Shown: positions 36,778 to 52,389 of the stretch, one piece after another
Position numbering within the stretch: position 1 is the first letter of the stretch
How the letters are laid out: each line of letters starts with the position of its first letter
From: Azolla caroliniana
Lineage: Eukaryota; Plantae; Polypodiophyta
Assembly (NCBI GenBank): GCA_043228905.1
Contig: JBHGNT010000204.1
Location: 1-53,673, forward strand
Direction of reading: 5' to 3'
Length of the DNA stretch: 53,673 nt
Translations under genes and position numbers: made by a program
Notes under the pieces: generated by a model
What the model was told of the DNA's origin: nothing
The model's input: only the letters and a program-made list of their open reading frames with translations
Database searches by the model: none

Positions 36778-37962
36778 AGATCAAAAGAAAAATATTGACA
36801 TTTTCATTTTTAAGCTTCATTTTGACATTTTAAGAAGAATCTTTTATATTTTGAAATATTGAAAAATATAAAGTCTTAAAATTGACTAGATCAAAGTAAA
36901 AATCTTTTATATTTTGAAATATTGAAAATATAAAATTTTAAAATTGACTAGATCGAATCCTACTAATAAAATGACCTAGGATAAGGGGATTTGACTCCTT
37001 CAAATACTACATTTGATGGAGTATACTAACCCCTATATCTAGAAAAGAAAATTCCTCATGCTTCTTTAGTTTGCACAAAAGGTATCCACCAATTATATCG
37101 AGGTCTCAACCTTGAGGCAATCTATCATGTGGTTATCTTCATGACAACATTTCATATCAAGATGGCACAATACGTACATTATAGCGAGTGGTTGGATTCA
37201 CTAGATCGTGTCTTGGAAAGGTTGTTGTAATCGTGATGAATGGGAGGAACGTGTTGTTCCATGGATAATGAGACTTTGCCATGATGATCATCAATAAGAT
37301 GTGAAAGAAGCTATTCTTAGTCGAAGAACATCGTTAAAAACAAAAATGGAAATGAATAATTCTCTCTTCAAAGAGTAACATTCTTAAAAATTTTGGGCAT
37401 TCGTACACAAAACAAGGCCAATTTTGACGGGGTCGTGTGTGGCAAAATCTTTGAAGCTTGGAAATAGAAGAAGAATATATATGATTTGGATCATTGATGG
37501 CAATAGAATGTAATTAATTTAGGAATATGCGACGATAGATGTGTAAAAAGAAGCATATTTAAATAATAATATAAGGTTTGTGAAGTCAATTCTTTCATTC
37601 AGACCAATTATTCCATTCTGAGATATATTTAGTTATATGCCCAAGAGTTTAGTATTGTTAAATCATGAGCTTTCAAAGCACAACTAAGACTAAAAATATT
37701 GATTAGGGGATCACCATGTCTTTTCTTTTCTTTTCGTTTCTTGTGTCGCCTGGCCGCATCGTGTGTTGTGATTGTTTCGGCTGATGAAATGGCAAAGCAA
37801 AGCATCCAAATTGGCTGGCCCCACATCAACCACTTTGTACTCGAGAAGACTAAGCAAGGGTTGACATTGATCCATTACAAAGACACTACACATTATAAAA
37901 CCTAACCAGTGGAGAGATGGTGAGACAAATTAAGACCTAACATTGACAACCACAAAGAGACA

Positions 37963-38019
<57 letters not shown>

Positions 38020-38030
38020 ATACAGACAAA

Positions 38031-39472
38031 ATGGCTATTAAGAAGGCTATCTTAGTTGGATGTAACTACCCAGGCACGGAATCCGAGCTTCACGGATGTG
38101 TCAACGATGTGTGGAACATGCACAAGCTCCTAGTTGACAGGTTCGGATTCTCGGAGGACGACATAAAGGTGCTCATCGACACCGACGACAACTACCCTCA
38201 ACCGACGGGCGCCAATATCCGCCAATCCCTCCACGACCTCATTTCCCAGTCGACAGCCGGCGATATCCTCTATTTCTACTACAGTGGCCATGGTGCCCGT
38301 GTACCTGCGGATGAGGACGAGAATGACGAGACAGGTTATGACGAATGCATTGCACCTCCTGACGGCAATGTAATCAATGGTATGTGCCATACGAGAAACT
38401 ATTTATATTGAGTTCCAAGTAGACATGAATCTCATCCATTTTCCCTTGTGGATTATTATCTACGCTTGGCCATAATCTACGAGAATAAGAAAGCATTTGT
38501 GTTAATAACTACTTAGAATCCATGGACAAATTGATATTACTCTAAACACAAGTAGTATTTGTTAAGGGGTTTAGAGTGGGTCCTATAAAAATAACAACTA
38601 CATAAAGTGGGTTTTTTTTTAGCATCAAATATTTGAAACTTCCTGTGAATCTATTAATTTGTACTTATCCCATCTCATGATGATATACAGATGACGAGTT
38701 CCGTTCCTTGGTGAATAAGCTTCCTCCTAATGTCAAACTCACTATAGTGTCTGATTCTTGCCACAGTGGAGGTCTCATTGAGAACACAAAAGAGCAAATA
38801 GGAGAAAGCTTCCAGTCTTCCGGGGAAGGATATGGAAATGATGAGGATGAGAGTGCATATACGGAAAACACGAGCGAGGAGGACGGGAACAATGGCAGAG
38901 ATGATGTAGAGATAAAGAATAAGTCCTTGCCGTTGCACCTTTTGTTGGACATATTAAAACGAAAGTCGGGGAAAGATGATGTACGAGTAGGCAACATAAG
39001 GACAACTTTGTTTGACATTTATGGGGAGGATTCAAGCTCGATAGTGAAGAGATTTGTGAGATCTCTCAAGGGAGGGGATAGTAATGAACAAGGAGGTGAT
39101 GGGTTTATGGGGTTGGTAGGATCTCCAACAACACAAATCAGTAACCAAAGCTTTGAAGAAGAGCCGAGTGAGGATTATAGTTATATTAGCGAGGAGGATA
39201 GTGAGATCGTACGGGGCAGTGATATGGGTATCCTTGTGAGTGGGTGCCAAACTAGCCAATTCTCAAGTGACATCGATGATGGCAATGGTGGTGGTTATGG
39301 TGTTCTTAGTAATGCGATCAAAACTGTCATTGAGGCAGCCTCTCCTGATGAACCAATCACCAACCGTCAACTTGTTACACAAGTTCGTGAGTTCCTCGCA
39401 TCAGAAGGCTTCACTCAACGACCCGGTCTCTATTGTAGCGATGCAAATGCCGATGCTCCCTTCATTTGCTAG
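38031..39472 (+). CDS. Type II metacaspase, second tandem copy, exons 38031-38379 and 38691-39472
   Basis: Protein identical to the 18994-20435 copy in the ORF track; offset 19,037 bp. Confidence 0.95.
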
Positions 39473-40709
39473 TTATCTAGTGTCAACTCTGTCCGTGTTG
39501 GAAATTCAAATAAGATGAGTGGTGTGCACTAGTTTCCATTTTGTTGCTAGTGCTTTATGTGTTACCATTTTGTTAATAAGCTACCAATATCATTGGTAAG
39601 GGTTTGTATTCTTAATTGGTGGTGTTGTCCTTGTATAGCAACTTGTGTTACTTATCGACTCCAAATTGAAGGTCGGTTGAATAGACATCTCAGAAATAAC
39701 AAAATCCATGCACACAAACCCAAGCCTAAAAGTTGCAAGCTTTTGTTGCTAGTGCTTTATGTGTTAGCATATTGTTTTAATTCGCAAACCATATCATTAG
39801 TAAAGGTTTGTATTGTTAATTGGTGTTGTCCTTGTATATCAAGTTGTGTTCTTTATCAACGCTAGAGTAGAGGTTGTATATCATGCTAAAGTGGTAAGAT
39901 CTTGGTATGTTTCTTACGATGGGAAAATGTAAAGAGGCCTTATTACTAGTGGGGGCAACTTTTGTTCGTTTTTTTTATGACATAATCAAACTTAAGAACG
40001 ACATCTACATATAGCCAATATTGGCAAACCTCTCAAAGAAAACATTGAATCTATTCTATTTTCTTAAGTATTATATTTCCTACCTTGCAAAAATTAGTGT
40101 TTCGTTACTTCCTTTTCATACTATCTTTTACTCCTTCGACTCCGACTAGTGCAATTTGACTAGCCGACCGGCTAACACATGCAATGCTCGTGGGATAGTG
40201 CCTTGCATGGTCGAACCCCAAGACTTCGTCTTGGTCTTCCTATGCATCGTCTCCAGCTTCTTGGTCGTCGTCTTTCATGTCGTCCTCCTCGGTTCCGATC
40301 ACGTGATCATCCTCTTCAAGACTAACAGAGTAAGTTCTTCTTTCTTGTTAATCTATAGTGTTGTCCAGAGCTGGTCTATCTTCTAGTTGTTGTGGTTTCT
40401 CAGTACGTAGAGTCAAACCTGCCTCTCTCTCTTGATCCAAGCGTCTGTGTCATGAGTCCTCATTGATTCACTCTATTTGACCAGACTCCTGCTCCGATGT
40501 GTCCTAGTTCAACTTCGGCTCTTGTCCTAGTTGTAACATTACCTCATCCTCGAACTTCATTGCTTGTTGTTTCCCCTCTTGTTCACGGCGTTCCTTTTCA
40601 TAAGCATTGAGTTCGAGAGCTAGTGCCATCTGTTTATCGTCATATTCTTCCAGCAACTTGTTAATTTCCTCCTTTGTGAGGAAAGGAATCATAGATCTAG
40701 AGAAGGATA

Positions 40710-41417
40710 TGTTGAAATATACAGTACGGAAAAAGAAAACAGCAAAATAGAAAGAACACACAGTACACAAGATTTACGTGGAAACCCTAAAGGAGGGGAA
40801 AACTTCTAGTCGATAAATCGACTAGTCAACTAGCCGACTCCTATGTCGGTTATCCAGTCTTCCTTGTCTTTGACCATCCGGTCGGCCAGACTAGTCGATC
40901 TTGTCTTCGACTTGGATCTATCAAATACTGTTGACTCTCCTAGTCTACCCTCCATGTTGATTTTACTAGTCAGGTCGCTGCTCAATCCGATCAAACCATC
41001 TTTCGGCTCTTCCAGTCTACTCCATTCAATTGTTGACCTTTCCCAGTCGGCCAGCTGACCTCTCCCTTAGGAGGGACAAAATATCCAAACAAACTCCCCC
41101 TTCACTCCTATGGGCGGAGTCGGTTAGTATTGTCTTTTGTCGATAGACTCAGAGTTTGTCGATAGGTAGGTTTTTCCCGAGCATGTTGGATCAATTATCG
41201 TAAGTGTGGATCTTCACAAGCGTAAACTCCCTCTCATCCACTTTCTCTCGTAACCAATGATACCTTCTCTGTATAAGTTTGGTCCGGGAGTGCTAAGCAA
41301 TGTTCTTGGCTAAGTGTATGGCACTCTGATTATCACAATAAAGTAAGAATATTTCTTGCTTCATTCCCAATTCACTAAGAAAGATCTTCATCCAAATCAG
41401 CTCTTTAACAACCTCGA
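40710..41417 (-). mobile_element. Second Copia remnant (copy)
   Basis: Copy at +19,037. Confidence 0.65.
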
Positions 41418-41742
41418 CCAAAGACACTACACATTATAAAATCTAACCAATGGAGAGATGTCGACGACCTTTCAAAGCACAACTAAGACCAAAAGTGTAT
41501 CATTGATTAGAGGCTCATCATGGTCTTTTCTTTTCTTTTCCTTTCCTTTCTTTTGTGGCCTGGCCACATCGTGTGTTGTGATTGTTTCAGGTGATGAAAT
41601 GGCAAAGGATGGCATCCAAATTGGGTGGCCCTACATCACTCACTTTGTACTCGAGAAGACAGAGCAAGGTTTGACATTGATCCATTACGAAGACACTACA
41701 CATTATAAAATCTAACCAGTGGAGATATGGTGACACAACCAC

Positions 41743-41809
<67 letters not shown>

Positions 41810-41817
<8 letters not shown>

Positions 41818-43483
41818 TAGATAGATTATATTATCATCTTCGGAGGTCAAATATGACCTATGAGACCAAAAATATTACATTTCACGTGCCACGTGTGAAA
41901 GTGAGTAATGAGTCTTGATGTTCAAGAACTTTACCAATGAATGTTGCAATCGAGAGTGCACATTGTGGTTGTGAGAGGAATTCATGCAAAGATTGGCCTC
42001 GATCGAGGAGATGTGGAAAGCATGGTCGAATATGATCAAAGGTAGAGCATTGTATCAAAGTGTGATACTCAGACTCACGAACTTGTTTAGGGCAAAGTGT
42101 CCATAGCCGACCACTCTCATCACTTGTGCCCCAACGCCCTGTTTCACATCGCAATGCATGTGAGCTAAGTCGCATGGAAGCAATGGTTCGAATGACGGAT
42201 AACGGTATGGGCTCTAACATCTATGGGTGTGTACGATTTCCCCGTTCCGCAAAGAATATGGTTTTGTAGTTAGGTGCAACATGTGTAGTATAATGTGTGA
42301 AGCGTGAGCCTCCACATTTGTCCCATGTCATGATACATTGGCGTTGCAAAAAGGCCTCATATACAGAAGAATCTAATGATGCATGATGAAGCAAGTGTCT
42401 CGCATCCCATCTACCAAACCATTTTTCTATATCTTGCATCCAACTGGAACACAAAATTTTGCTTTTATGCGTCTTTTGTATCTTTTTGCTTGCTTCCCAT
42501 GCAATTCTAGGAAGTCGATGTGAGGGACTTTTTTGAACCTTAATTATGTATTGAACAACCCTTTCCATGGCCATGATTTCAATGGGAAGCGATCCCGTCT
42601 CAAGGAGGAGGAGGGTGTAGGGCGTTTGTTTCTTAACTTGTAGAAACTTGGTAAGAAAATGCTTTTGGACATTTTCAAACTCTTTCCACAGATTGAGGGA
42701 TGCTACCACCCCATACTTCCACCCCATAGAGAAGAACCGGTGTCACCAAAGTGTCGAAAAGATATTTCTTGAGGACCCAACACTTGATATCTCCAAGATT
42801 GCATGTGTTCTCAAGTTCTTCCATTCGCCTCAAGTTCTTCCATTCACTTGGCACCTCAAGTTCTTCCATTCGCCTCCAAATATGCTCATGAGGTTCCATA
42901 TCAAAAGCTTTCTTGAAGTCTACAAAGCAACAATATAAACCTTTACCTCTAAGGCGACTTTCCTCCATTAGTACTCGAAGGGTGATAAGGTGATCAATGG
43001 TGCTATGGTGTTTCCCAAAGCCAACTTGTCCACAAGCTCTCTTACCACTTTTTACAGCCCATATACTTACCTTTGATTCCATTATACATCCAAATAGTTT
43101 TGCCATTAATGAGCCAACCATGATGGTTCGATAGTTGTTTACATTATTTATATCTCCACCTTTATCTAAAGGATTGATCCAATTTGTAGTCCAATCGTAC
43201 CACATACCATGTTGCAATGCATCATTAAACATATGGCTTATCCATATATGTGCTTCCTTTCCCGTCCATTTGAGCATTTTAGCATTTATACATTGAAGAT
43301 CGCTTGCCTTTCGAGAGGCCAATTTCTTAAGTCCTATGCATATATCTTCAATTGTAAAGAAAGGAGGCATATGTGAAAGGGAACCATAACACATCATCTT
43401 TCCGGCAAGAGATAACTCATATAAATTCTTACAATGCATAGACAAGTCATGAAGAGTTAAGTCACCATAACTCTCAACACGTT
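41810..43483 (-). mobile_element. RTE-like LINE remnant (second copy)
   Basis: Copy at +19,043. Confidence 0.82.
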
Positions 43484-45913
43484 GTCGTGAAGATTGAGGG
43501 CGCGTAGCAAGCGACCCTCTTGCGTTGCGGTGAAGGGACGGCCATGCAGGCCGATAACTACGGATTCGGGACATGGCGGCCCGAAACATCGAGTGGGGAG
43601 GAGACAAGCGGCGGTGCCGCGACCTTACACACACCGGTCCTAGAGGCTCCGGCGGTCGGCCCGAGTGCCAGCGTGAGACCTAGAACGACGGGCAGTGGCG
43701 GCGGCAAGGCCGGCAATTAACACGATGACATGGAAGAGACGACGGCAAGCGTAATCGAGGCTTGCGCGATCGGAGGCGAGGTAGCCGCGGACAACGACGT
43801 CCGGTCGGAAGCGGCTACGGACACAACGAGTGGGGGTGTCGGGTTCTTACCCACACTGGCCCTAGAGGGTTTGGCGGTCGGTCCGAGGGCCCACGTGAGA
43901 TCTAGAGCGACGGGCGGTGGCGGCGGCAAAGCGGACGATTGAAACGACGACGAGGAAGGTCATAGCAGACGGAGGAGAGACCCTTTGACACCGGGGCCGG
44001 AGACTGAGGCGGTTCTGCTCGAATGCCAACATAAGTCCGGAGAGAAGGATAGTGACCGTGAGGAGGCATGGCCCGGAGCGAACACGTGCGAAGATGAGGA
44101 TGCGAGGCCTGGAATGGGCATATACAAGAGGACCGACGGAGAGGTCGGGAGCAGCAAGGAGGAGAGAGTCGGGAACCGACCTGACCAAAAGATGAACCGG
44201 TCAATAATCCGACACGACTCGAAGACGAGGCGGAAGAAGATTGGAGTGGGGTCCGATCAACCGAGCCCGAACCGAAGAAGAGCCGGCAAGGCCGGATTTG
44301 TGCACAGAAACATGTACCGGCTAGTTACGGTTAGGAAAGGGAGCCGACGAAACCGGAACTCGATCGGCCGAGACAGATCCGGGCGAAGGCTATGTCGGCA
44401 TGATTGGAGGCCGAGGCGTACGAGCCACGACACGCGGTGGGAGCCAGTGAGCGCGAGAAGGAGGCTAATCGGGCATGGTGATTACGGCTTGGCGGAAGAC
44501 CGAGAGCAAGGGGAACCCTCCACACCTATTCTTGAAACTTCGGCGGTTGCGGATCAACATAAGGCTGAAGTGACGGCGGGTGGCGGGTGACGCTTTTGGC
44601 CGTCGGTTACTATACCGGCGGACAACACTTGGCACGCCTGTGGGACAGTGCCTTTGCACGTCGAACCCATCCCGTTAATCTTCTTCCAAAATGGCTCGGA
44701 TGTTCGGCTCTGTCGTGGTGACCTCGTCCGGAGTTGATGTAGGGCCCGTAGGTGCATCGTGGTTCGGCTCCTCTCCTTGCTCGGCCTGGTTTCTCCCAGA
44801 GTCGCCTTCACCGTGTGCAGGTGGTCCGGTTACGGTGGGCCCTTCTTGATTTAGAGGGCTGGGCTCCACCGATGGCGTGCTTGCAGTCGGCTGCAACTCA
44901 GCCTCTATTGTTACATCCTCCGCGGTGTTGGCCGTTTCTGTGTGTCCCTGGGCGTGGGGCGGGGATTCCGCCTGGTCCGCACTATTTTCTGCATTTTCGG
45001 AAGATGGTGTGGGTTGGTGCGGCTGGACCTCTTGGTGGTTAATGGTTTCGCTGTCTGGTCCTATGGGGAACTCCGCTCGTTCGTCCCCGCTATTCTCCCG
45101 TGTTGTCATCCATGGTGATCGGGCCTGAGGTTCCTCTTTTTCGGTTATGACCGGAATTGGTGTCCCACTAGGTTCCTCGTTTGTGTGTGTGTTGTCGGTT
45201 TGTGTGATCTGGTGAAATAACTCCTCCTGACTCTCACCGAAATCATCTAGGAGTTGTGCGAGTTCTTCGGAGTGTTGGTCTGCTAACGCGCAATAGTCTT
45301 GCGCTAGGTTCTCCCGTACGGTCCCAATGCTCTCCTTGTTTAGCTTATAAAACCCTCGGCCGTCTTTCCGCCGGTTCTCCAAGTCCGCACGATACGCGTG
45401 CAATTCCGCTGCTTGGCTTGCCCACGCCATCCATCCTTTGTCCAGCGCCGTTTTCAATTGCGTTGTGAACCTTTCCCGGTTGGTATGGAGAAGGATGCGC
45501 ACGTTATCCGTGATGGCCTGGCAGCGGTTGCCTGTGTCTTCCATCGATTTCTAGAGATTCGCGATTTCCTGTTGTTTAACGGTTGCCGCTTCCTCATACG
45601 TGGCCTTCAGGCCCGCCCACAACTGGGATTCCTTTGCATGTTGTTCTTCTAATTTCCCCATTTCATTGTTTAGGCGGATTTCAAGTTTGTTCGACCACCA
45701 ACTGCTCATTGAACCATACCTTCTTTTTCTCTAATAAGGCCCGAAGTCCCGCTATTGCCGCCTCTGATTTCTTCGCGTCCTCTCGTAATTGGGCGTTGTC
45801 GTCTTTTGTCCGGATGTGCTGAGCTACCTCCGTAGCTAGTTTCTCTTCAAGAGTTTTTACGGCCTTTCGTCCGTTAGCCCGTATCTCCTTTTCTCTTTTA
45901 GAGGATTGGTGAA
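43483..45913 (-). other. GC-rich island, second copy
   Basis: Copy at +19,043. Confidence 0.4.
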
Positions 45914-47458
45914 TCGAGATTGCTTCTATTATTTGCGGTCTACTTACAAGTTTAGCGGTCTACTTACAAGTTTAGGGTTTTTGTTTGTAGGGATTCCATC
46001 TCTTTTCCCTGTGCCCTTTCGGGTTTGATAGATTCTTCTCAAGTTAGAGTTCGAAGCTGAGGTACTATGGGTAGGCTTTTATGCTCAATTGGTAGACATT
46101 CCATGAATTTGCTTACTTCCCTCTTGCATAGGAAACAAATCTTAGAATCAAATGACCCAAGCTACGAGTTATGACTCCATCAAATCTTTAGCCCTTGTCC
46201 CATGATTTCGAAGGCCAAAGTTGTTATATTGGCTCCGATATCTACAAAAGCAAATTCCTTATTCTTGTTTAGTCTGCACAAAAGGTATGCACCCCTTATA
46301 GGTAACTGCCATCTTTAAGGCAATCTGCAATGTAGTTATATTCATCGCAACATTTCATATCAAGATGGTACATTACATGCATTATAGCGGGTGAGTGAAT
46401 TCACTAGATCGTCTGCCTAGCCATTTGCACATAGATTTATTGTACTCCCAAATGATGTCTATATTACATACCGATAGGTCTACATCAAACCATGCAATTC
46501 ATTAGTCATCCATGAGGGAGATTCCCTCTTGCTCAATAACTTTATGAATATAGACTTGAATGTGATAGTTTTAAATTTTCAACCACATAGTTGAGGCTAT
46601 GCTCTAATCTGTGTATCTCATTTACTTCGATCTTTAATCATTTCTTCTAGCATTTGGATGGATCCATCTATCATCCTTTGTTTGATCTTCGTACATGACA
46701 TCTTGTTCAAACTATTTTATTTGAAAGTTTCTTACGATGGGAAAATGTAAAGAGGCCTTATTACTAGTGGGGGCAACTTTGTTCTGTTTTATTATGACAT
46801 AGTAAAATTTAAGAACTACATCTAGATATAGCCAATATTGGCAAACCTATCAAAGCCACCATTGAAACTATCCATTATGCTCTCCTTGACGATAAGTTGT
46901 TATAGATACATTTCATACTACAACATTGTTCTTGAAAAAGGGATAGAATGATAAAAATTCTTATCACTTTTCTTGATATTCAAGGCACAATGTATAACAG
47001 GGATGAAGATACATAATATACAGAAATATATCATGTCGCAACTGCTCATATGATCCATTAATGTTGATTCAGCTATGTAAGAAATTTGATTATTATATTA
47101 TGTGATAGTTTGAAGAATTATTTTGATATAGTTGACGTTGCAAATGTCCAAAACACTATGATAAAGATTTGGACAAGTTAGATGCATGCACAAGGGAGTG
47201 GTTATAAGTGCTATACAATTATTTTGGGGACGATTCAGATACATTGCTTAAACAAAGAAGAATGTAAAGGAGAAAGACAAACTTTTTTGTGGTATTGCCC
47301 AAAGACCGATCGAATATGCAGGGGGTTTGGACGCCTATTGCAATTATGCTAGGTGCAAGGCACAATCATGTGGGGAAATGTATGTTGGTTATCATGGCAA
47401 GCCCTCGTTGACAAGTACGAACATCGGGAGGAGGGAATGACATTGGTGATAAAGGCAC

Positions 47459-47720
47459 TGTAGTGAAATGCACGAAATATCACTCAACCACAACGGAGCA
47501 GTAAAACACTTCTATAAGAATCAAACACGGAAATGGCAAGTCGAGAGTACACAAGAAAAATGACATAGGATGTTTACGTGGAAAACCCTAATACGGAAAA
47601 ACCACGGGAGCCCACAGACTCCGAACTATCATTATGAAGAGAAAGGGGTACAATCAGAGACTAGGAGGAACGACCTCGAGCTATGTTTCTTCGCACAGTG
47701 GCTGTTACAATAGAGTATCG

Positions 47721-47789
<69 letters not shown>

Positions 47790-48383
47790 CAATAATTACA
47801 ACAATGTGACAACCACACTATAAGTGATTGCCCTAAGTCATATTTATAGTTATATGAACTTAGGGCTATTTACAAGTATAGCCTCAATGGGCTTATTCAA
47901 GACGTATTTACAAATCTATCTTCTCTTCCGATTCTCACCGGGTTCACTGATCCAGTTTCTGGATCTCTTCTGGTTCTCTCCGGGTTCTCTTTATTCATCA
48001 TCGGATCCCATCCGGAGAGAGCAATTTCCCAACAATATCCCCCTTCACCCCGGTATGGGATGTCTTGTAAGTTCGATCGGCTTCCGGCATGTCTCCAGCT
48101 TGTCGAGTGTCAGCACCTTGGTCAACATATCCGACCCGTTCTCCTCCGTGTGGATCTTCGTCATCACGAACTCTCGATCTTCAACTCGTTCCCAGATCTA
48201 GTGGTACGTACGCTGGATATGCTTCGTTCTAGAATTGTATGCCGTGTTCTTTGCAAGGTGGATGAAACTGTGACTGTCGCAATAGAGCCGGTATTCCTCT
48301 TGCCGGATCCCTAGCTCTCCAATGATCTCCTTCATCCTTAATATTTCCTTGTCGGCTTCCACGGCTACCATGTACTCCAGAGA
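47459..48383 (-). mobile_element. Ty1/Copia remnant (second copy)
   Basis: Copy at +19,043. Confidence 0.85.
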
Positions 48384-49013
48384 GCCATCGAATATGGAGG
48401 GGGGTTGGCCACCTATTGCAATTATGCTAGGTGCAAGGCACAATCAATCATCTGGGGAAATGTATGTTGGTTATCATGGCAGGCTGCAGTTGACAAGTAC
48501 GAACATCGGGAGGAGGGGATGACATTTGTGATAAAGGAAGAAGGGATTTTGTTTTCCGTCATTGACAATATCTACTCATCTGCTATTAATGTCAAAGCTC
48601 AAGTTGTGTTGGAATTGATCAACCTAATAGCTCTTTGAATTGCACCATTGACAATATCCACTCAACTCCTATTAATGTCAAAGCTCAAGTTGTGTTGGAA
48701 TTGATCAACCTACAACAACAGGGTACACGAGCCTTTTCCAATCAAATTGTGCATCAAGTAGTGTTATTACAGGAGATATGGAGTGAAGTTGTAGCCACTC
48801 TAAAGAGCCGATACGATCGCCTCACGAGCGAATCCGATGGAGTTGAAAGAGAATGATTAGCCTTCATCCAACAATGGTTTTCCTCTTCCTTTCTTGAGTC
48901 AGTCGACCTTCATATAAGATGGAACTATCGTGTCCCCACATGGATTTGTATATAACATTCTGTGTGTGTGTGTGTGTGTGTCTCTATGGTTGTCAAGGTT
49001 AGGTATTAATTTG

Positions 49014-50084
49014 TCTCACCATCTCTCAACTGGTTAGATTTTTTCATGTGTAGTGTCTTTGGAATGGATCAATGTCAAAACTTGCTCAGTCTTCTCGAGT
49101 ACAAAGTGGTTGATGCGGGGCCAGGTAATTTGGATGCCTTGCTTTGCCATTTCATCACTCGAAACAATCACAACACAGGATGTGGCGAGGCTGCAAAAGA
49201 AAGGCAAAGAAAAGAAAACAAAAGACCATGATGAGGCCCTAATCAATGATACCTTTTTTGTCTTAGTTGTGCTTTGAAAGCTCGTCACCATCTATCCACT
49301 GTTTAGATTTTATAATGTGTAGTGTCTTTGTAATGGATGAATGTCAAAACTTGCTCAGTCTTTTCGAGTGCAAAGTGGTTGATGTGGGGCCAGCTAATTT
49401 GGATGCCTTGGTTTGCCATTTCATCACTCGAAACAATCACAACACACGATGCGGCGAGGCCGCAAAAGAAAGGAAAAGAAAAGAAAAGAAAAGACCATGA
49501 TGAGGCCCTAGTCAATGATACCTTTTTTGTCTTAGTTGTGCTTTGAAAGCTCGTCACCATCTATCCACTAGTTAGATTTTATAATGGGTAGTGTCTTTGT
49601 AATGGATGAATGTCAAAGCTTGCTCAGTCTTCTCGAGTGCAAAGTGGTTGATGTGGGGCCAGCTAATTTGGATGCCTTGCTTTGCCATTTCATCACCCGA
49701 AACAATCACAACACACGATGCGGCGAGGCCGCAAAAGAAAGGAAAAGAAAAGAAAAGAAAAGACCATCACGAGGCCCTAATCAATGATACATTTTTGGTC
49801 TTAGTTGTGCTTTGAAAGCTCGTCACCATCTCTCCACTGTTTAGATTTTATAATGTGTAGTGTCTTTGTAATGGATCAATGTCAAACCTTGCTTAGTCTT
49901 CTTGAGGACAAATTGGTTGATGTGCAGCCAGCCAATTTGGATGCCTTGCTTTGCCATTTCATCACCCAAAACAATCACAACACACGATGCGGCCAGGCCG
50001 CAAAAGAAAGGAAAAGAAAAGAAAAGACCATGATGAGGCCCTAATCAATGATACATTTTTGGTCTTAGTTGTGCTTTGAAAGCA
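49014..50084. repeat. 269-bp tandem repeat x4 (unit 3)
   Basis: Copy at +19,043. Confidence 0.92.
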
Positions 50085-50658
50085 CATAATTCTTTCATTC
50101 AGACCTATCATTTAGCAATACTAAACTCTTGGGCATATAACTAAATATAACTAAGAATGGAATCATAGGTCCGAAGGAAAGAATTGACTTCACATACCTT
50201 ATCTTATTATAGAAATATGCTTTGTCTTTACACATCTATCTTCGCATATTCCTAAATTAATTACATTATGTTTTCATCAATGATCCAAATCATATATATT
50301 CTTCTTATATTTCCATGCTTCAGAGATTTTGCCACACATGACCCCTTAAAAGTTGGCCTTGTTTTGTGTGTGAATGCCCACAATTCTTATTTTATTTAAA
50401 AAAAAAAAAAACAATACTTCCCATTAGTTAGCAAAAGAAGTACATCAAAGATCAGTCGTAACCAAAACAACATAATCCTCACCGTACTATTTACAACAAA
50501 AGTATCCCGCTAACACTTTGTACATGTTAACCACATATTTACAACTCATGTCCACTCATGGAAGCCAATGGCGGAAACAGCCATGTCGGTGCTTGGTAGT
50601 TCCATTTAGGCCCTGACGCTGAATTTCCCATCATAGGAGAACGGCCCCATTTCATCAA

Positions 50659-51566
50659 TAACTTCAACAACACAATTCGATTGCCAAAGATTTGAAGAAG
50701 AGTGGAGTGAGGATTATAGTTATATTAGCTAGGAGGATAGTGAGATCGTATAGGGCAGTGATATGGGTATCCTTGTGAGTGCGTGCCAGACTAGCCAAAC
50801 ATCAATCGACATGACCGATGGAGATGGTGGTGCTTATGGTGCTCTTAGTAATGCTACCAAAACTATCATTGAGGCAACCCCTCCTGATGAACCAATCACC
50901 AACCGTCAACTTGCTACACAGGTTCATGACTTCTGTCAACTTGTTACACAAGGTGGTGGGTTTATGGGGTTGGTAGGATGTCCAACAACACAATTCGATA
51001 ACCAAAGATTTGAAGAAGAGCCGAGTGAGGATTATAGTTAAATTAGCTAGGAGGATAGTGAGATCAAACAGGGCAGTGATATGGGTATCCTTGTGAGTGC
51101 GTGCCAGACTAGCCAAACGTAAATCGACATGACCGATGGCGATGGTGGTGCTTATAGTGCTCTTAGTAATGCTATGAAAACTTTCATTGAGGCAACCCCT
51201 CCTGATGAACCAATCACCAACCCTCAACTTACTACACAGGTTCATGAGTTCTGTCAACTAGTTACACAAGGTGGTGGCTTTATGGGGTTGGTAGGATGTC
51301 CAAGAACACAATTCGATAACCAAAGATTTAAAGAAGAGCCGAGTGAGGATTATAGTTATATTAGGTAGGAGGATAGTGAGATCAAACAGGGCAGTGATAT
51401 GGGTATCCTTGTGAGTGGGTGCCCGACTAGCCAAACATCAATCCACACGACCGATGGAGATGGTGGTGCTTATCGTGCTCTTAGTAATGCTATCAAAATT
51501 GTCATTGAGGCAACCCCTCCTGATGAACCAATCACCAACCGTCAACTTGTTACACAAGTTCGTGAA
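50659..51566 (+). pseudogene. Three tandem metacaspase p10 fragments (unit 3)
   Basis: Copy at +19,043. Confidence 0.88.
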
Positions 51567-51607
51567 TCTATTAATTTGTACTTATCCCATCTCATGATGA
51601 TATACAG

Positions 51608-52389
51608 ATGACGAGTTCCGTTCCTTGGTGAATAAGCTTCCTCCTAATGTCAAACTCACTATAGTGTCTGATTCTTGTCACAGTGGAGGTCTCATTGAGA
51701 ACACAAAAGAGCAAATAGAAGAAAGATTCCAATCTTCCGGGGAAGGATATGGAAATGATGAGGATGAGAGTGCATATACGGAAAACACGAGCGAGGAGGA
51801 CGGGAACTATGGCAGAGATGCTATAGAGATAAAGAATAAGTCCTTGCCATTGCACATTTTGTTAGATATATTAGAACGAAAGTCAGGGAAAGATGATGTA
51901 CGAGTGGGCAACATAAGAACAAGTTTGTTTGACATTTATGGGGAGGATTCAAGCTCGATAGTAAAGAGATTTGTGAGATCTCTCAAGGGAGGGGATAGTA
52001 ATGAACAAGGAGGTGATGGGTTTATGGGGTTGGTAGGATCTCCAACAACTCAATTCAGTAACCAAAGCTTTGAAGAAGAGCCGATTGAGGATTATAGTTA
52101 TATTCGCGAGGAGGATAGTGACATCCTACGGGGCAGTGATATGGGTATCCTTGTGAGTGTGTGCCAAACTAGCCAATTATCAGTCGACATGGATGATGGC
52201 AATGGTGGTGGTTATGGTATTCTTAGTAATGCGATCAAAACTGTCATTAAGGCTACCTCTCCTGATGAACCAATCACCAACCGTCAACTTGTTACGCAAG
52301 TTCGTGAGTTCCTCGCATCACAACGCCTCACTCCACGACCCGGTCTCTATTGTAGCGATGCAAATGCCGATGCTCCCTTCATTTGCTAG
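51608..52389 (+). pseudogene. Metacaspase exon-2-only paralog, third unit
   Basis: Copy of 32565-33346 at +19,043. Confidence 0.85.
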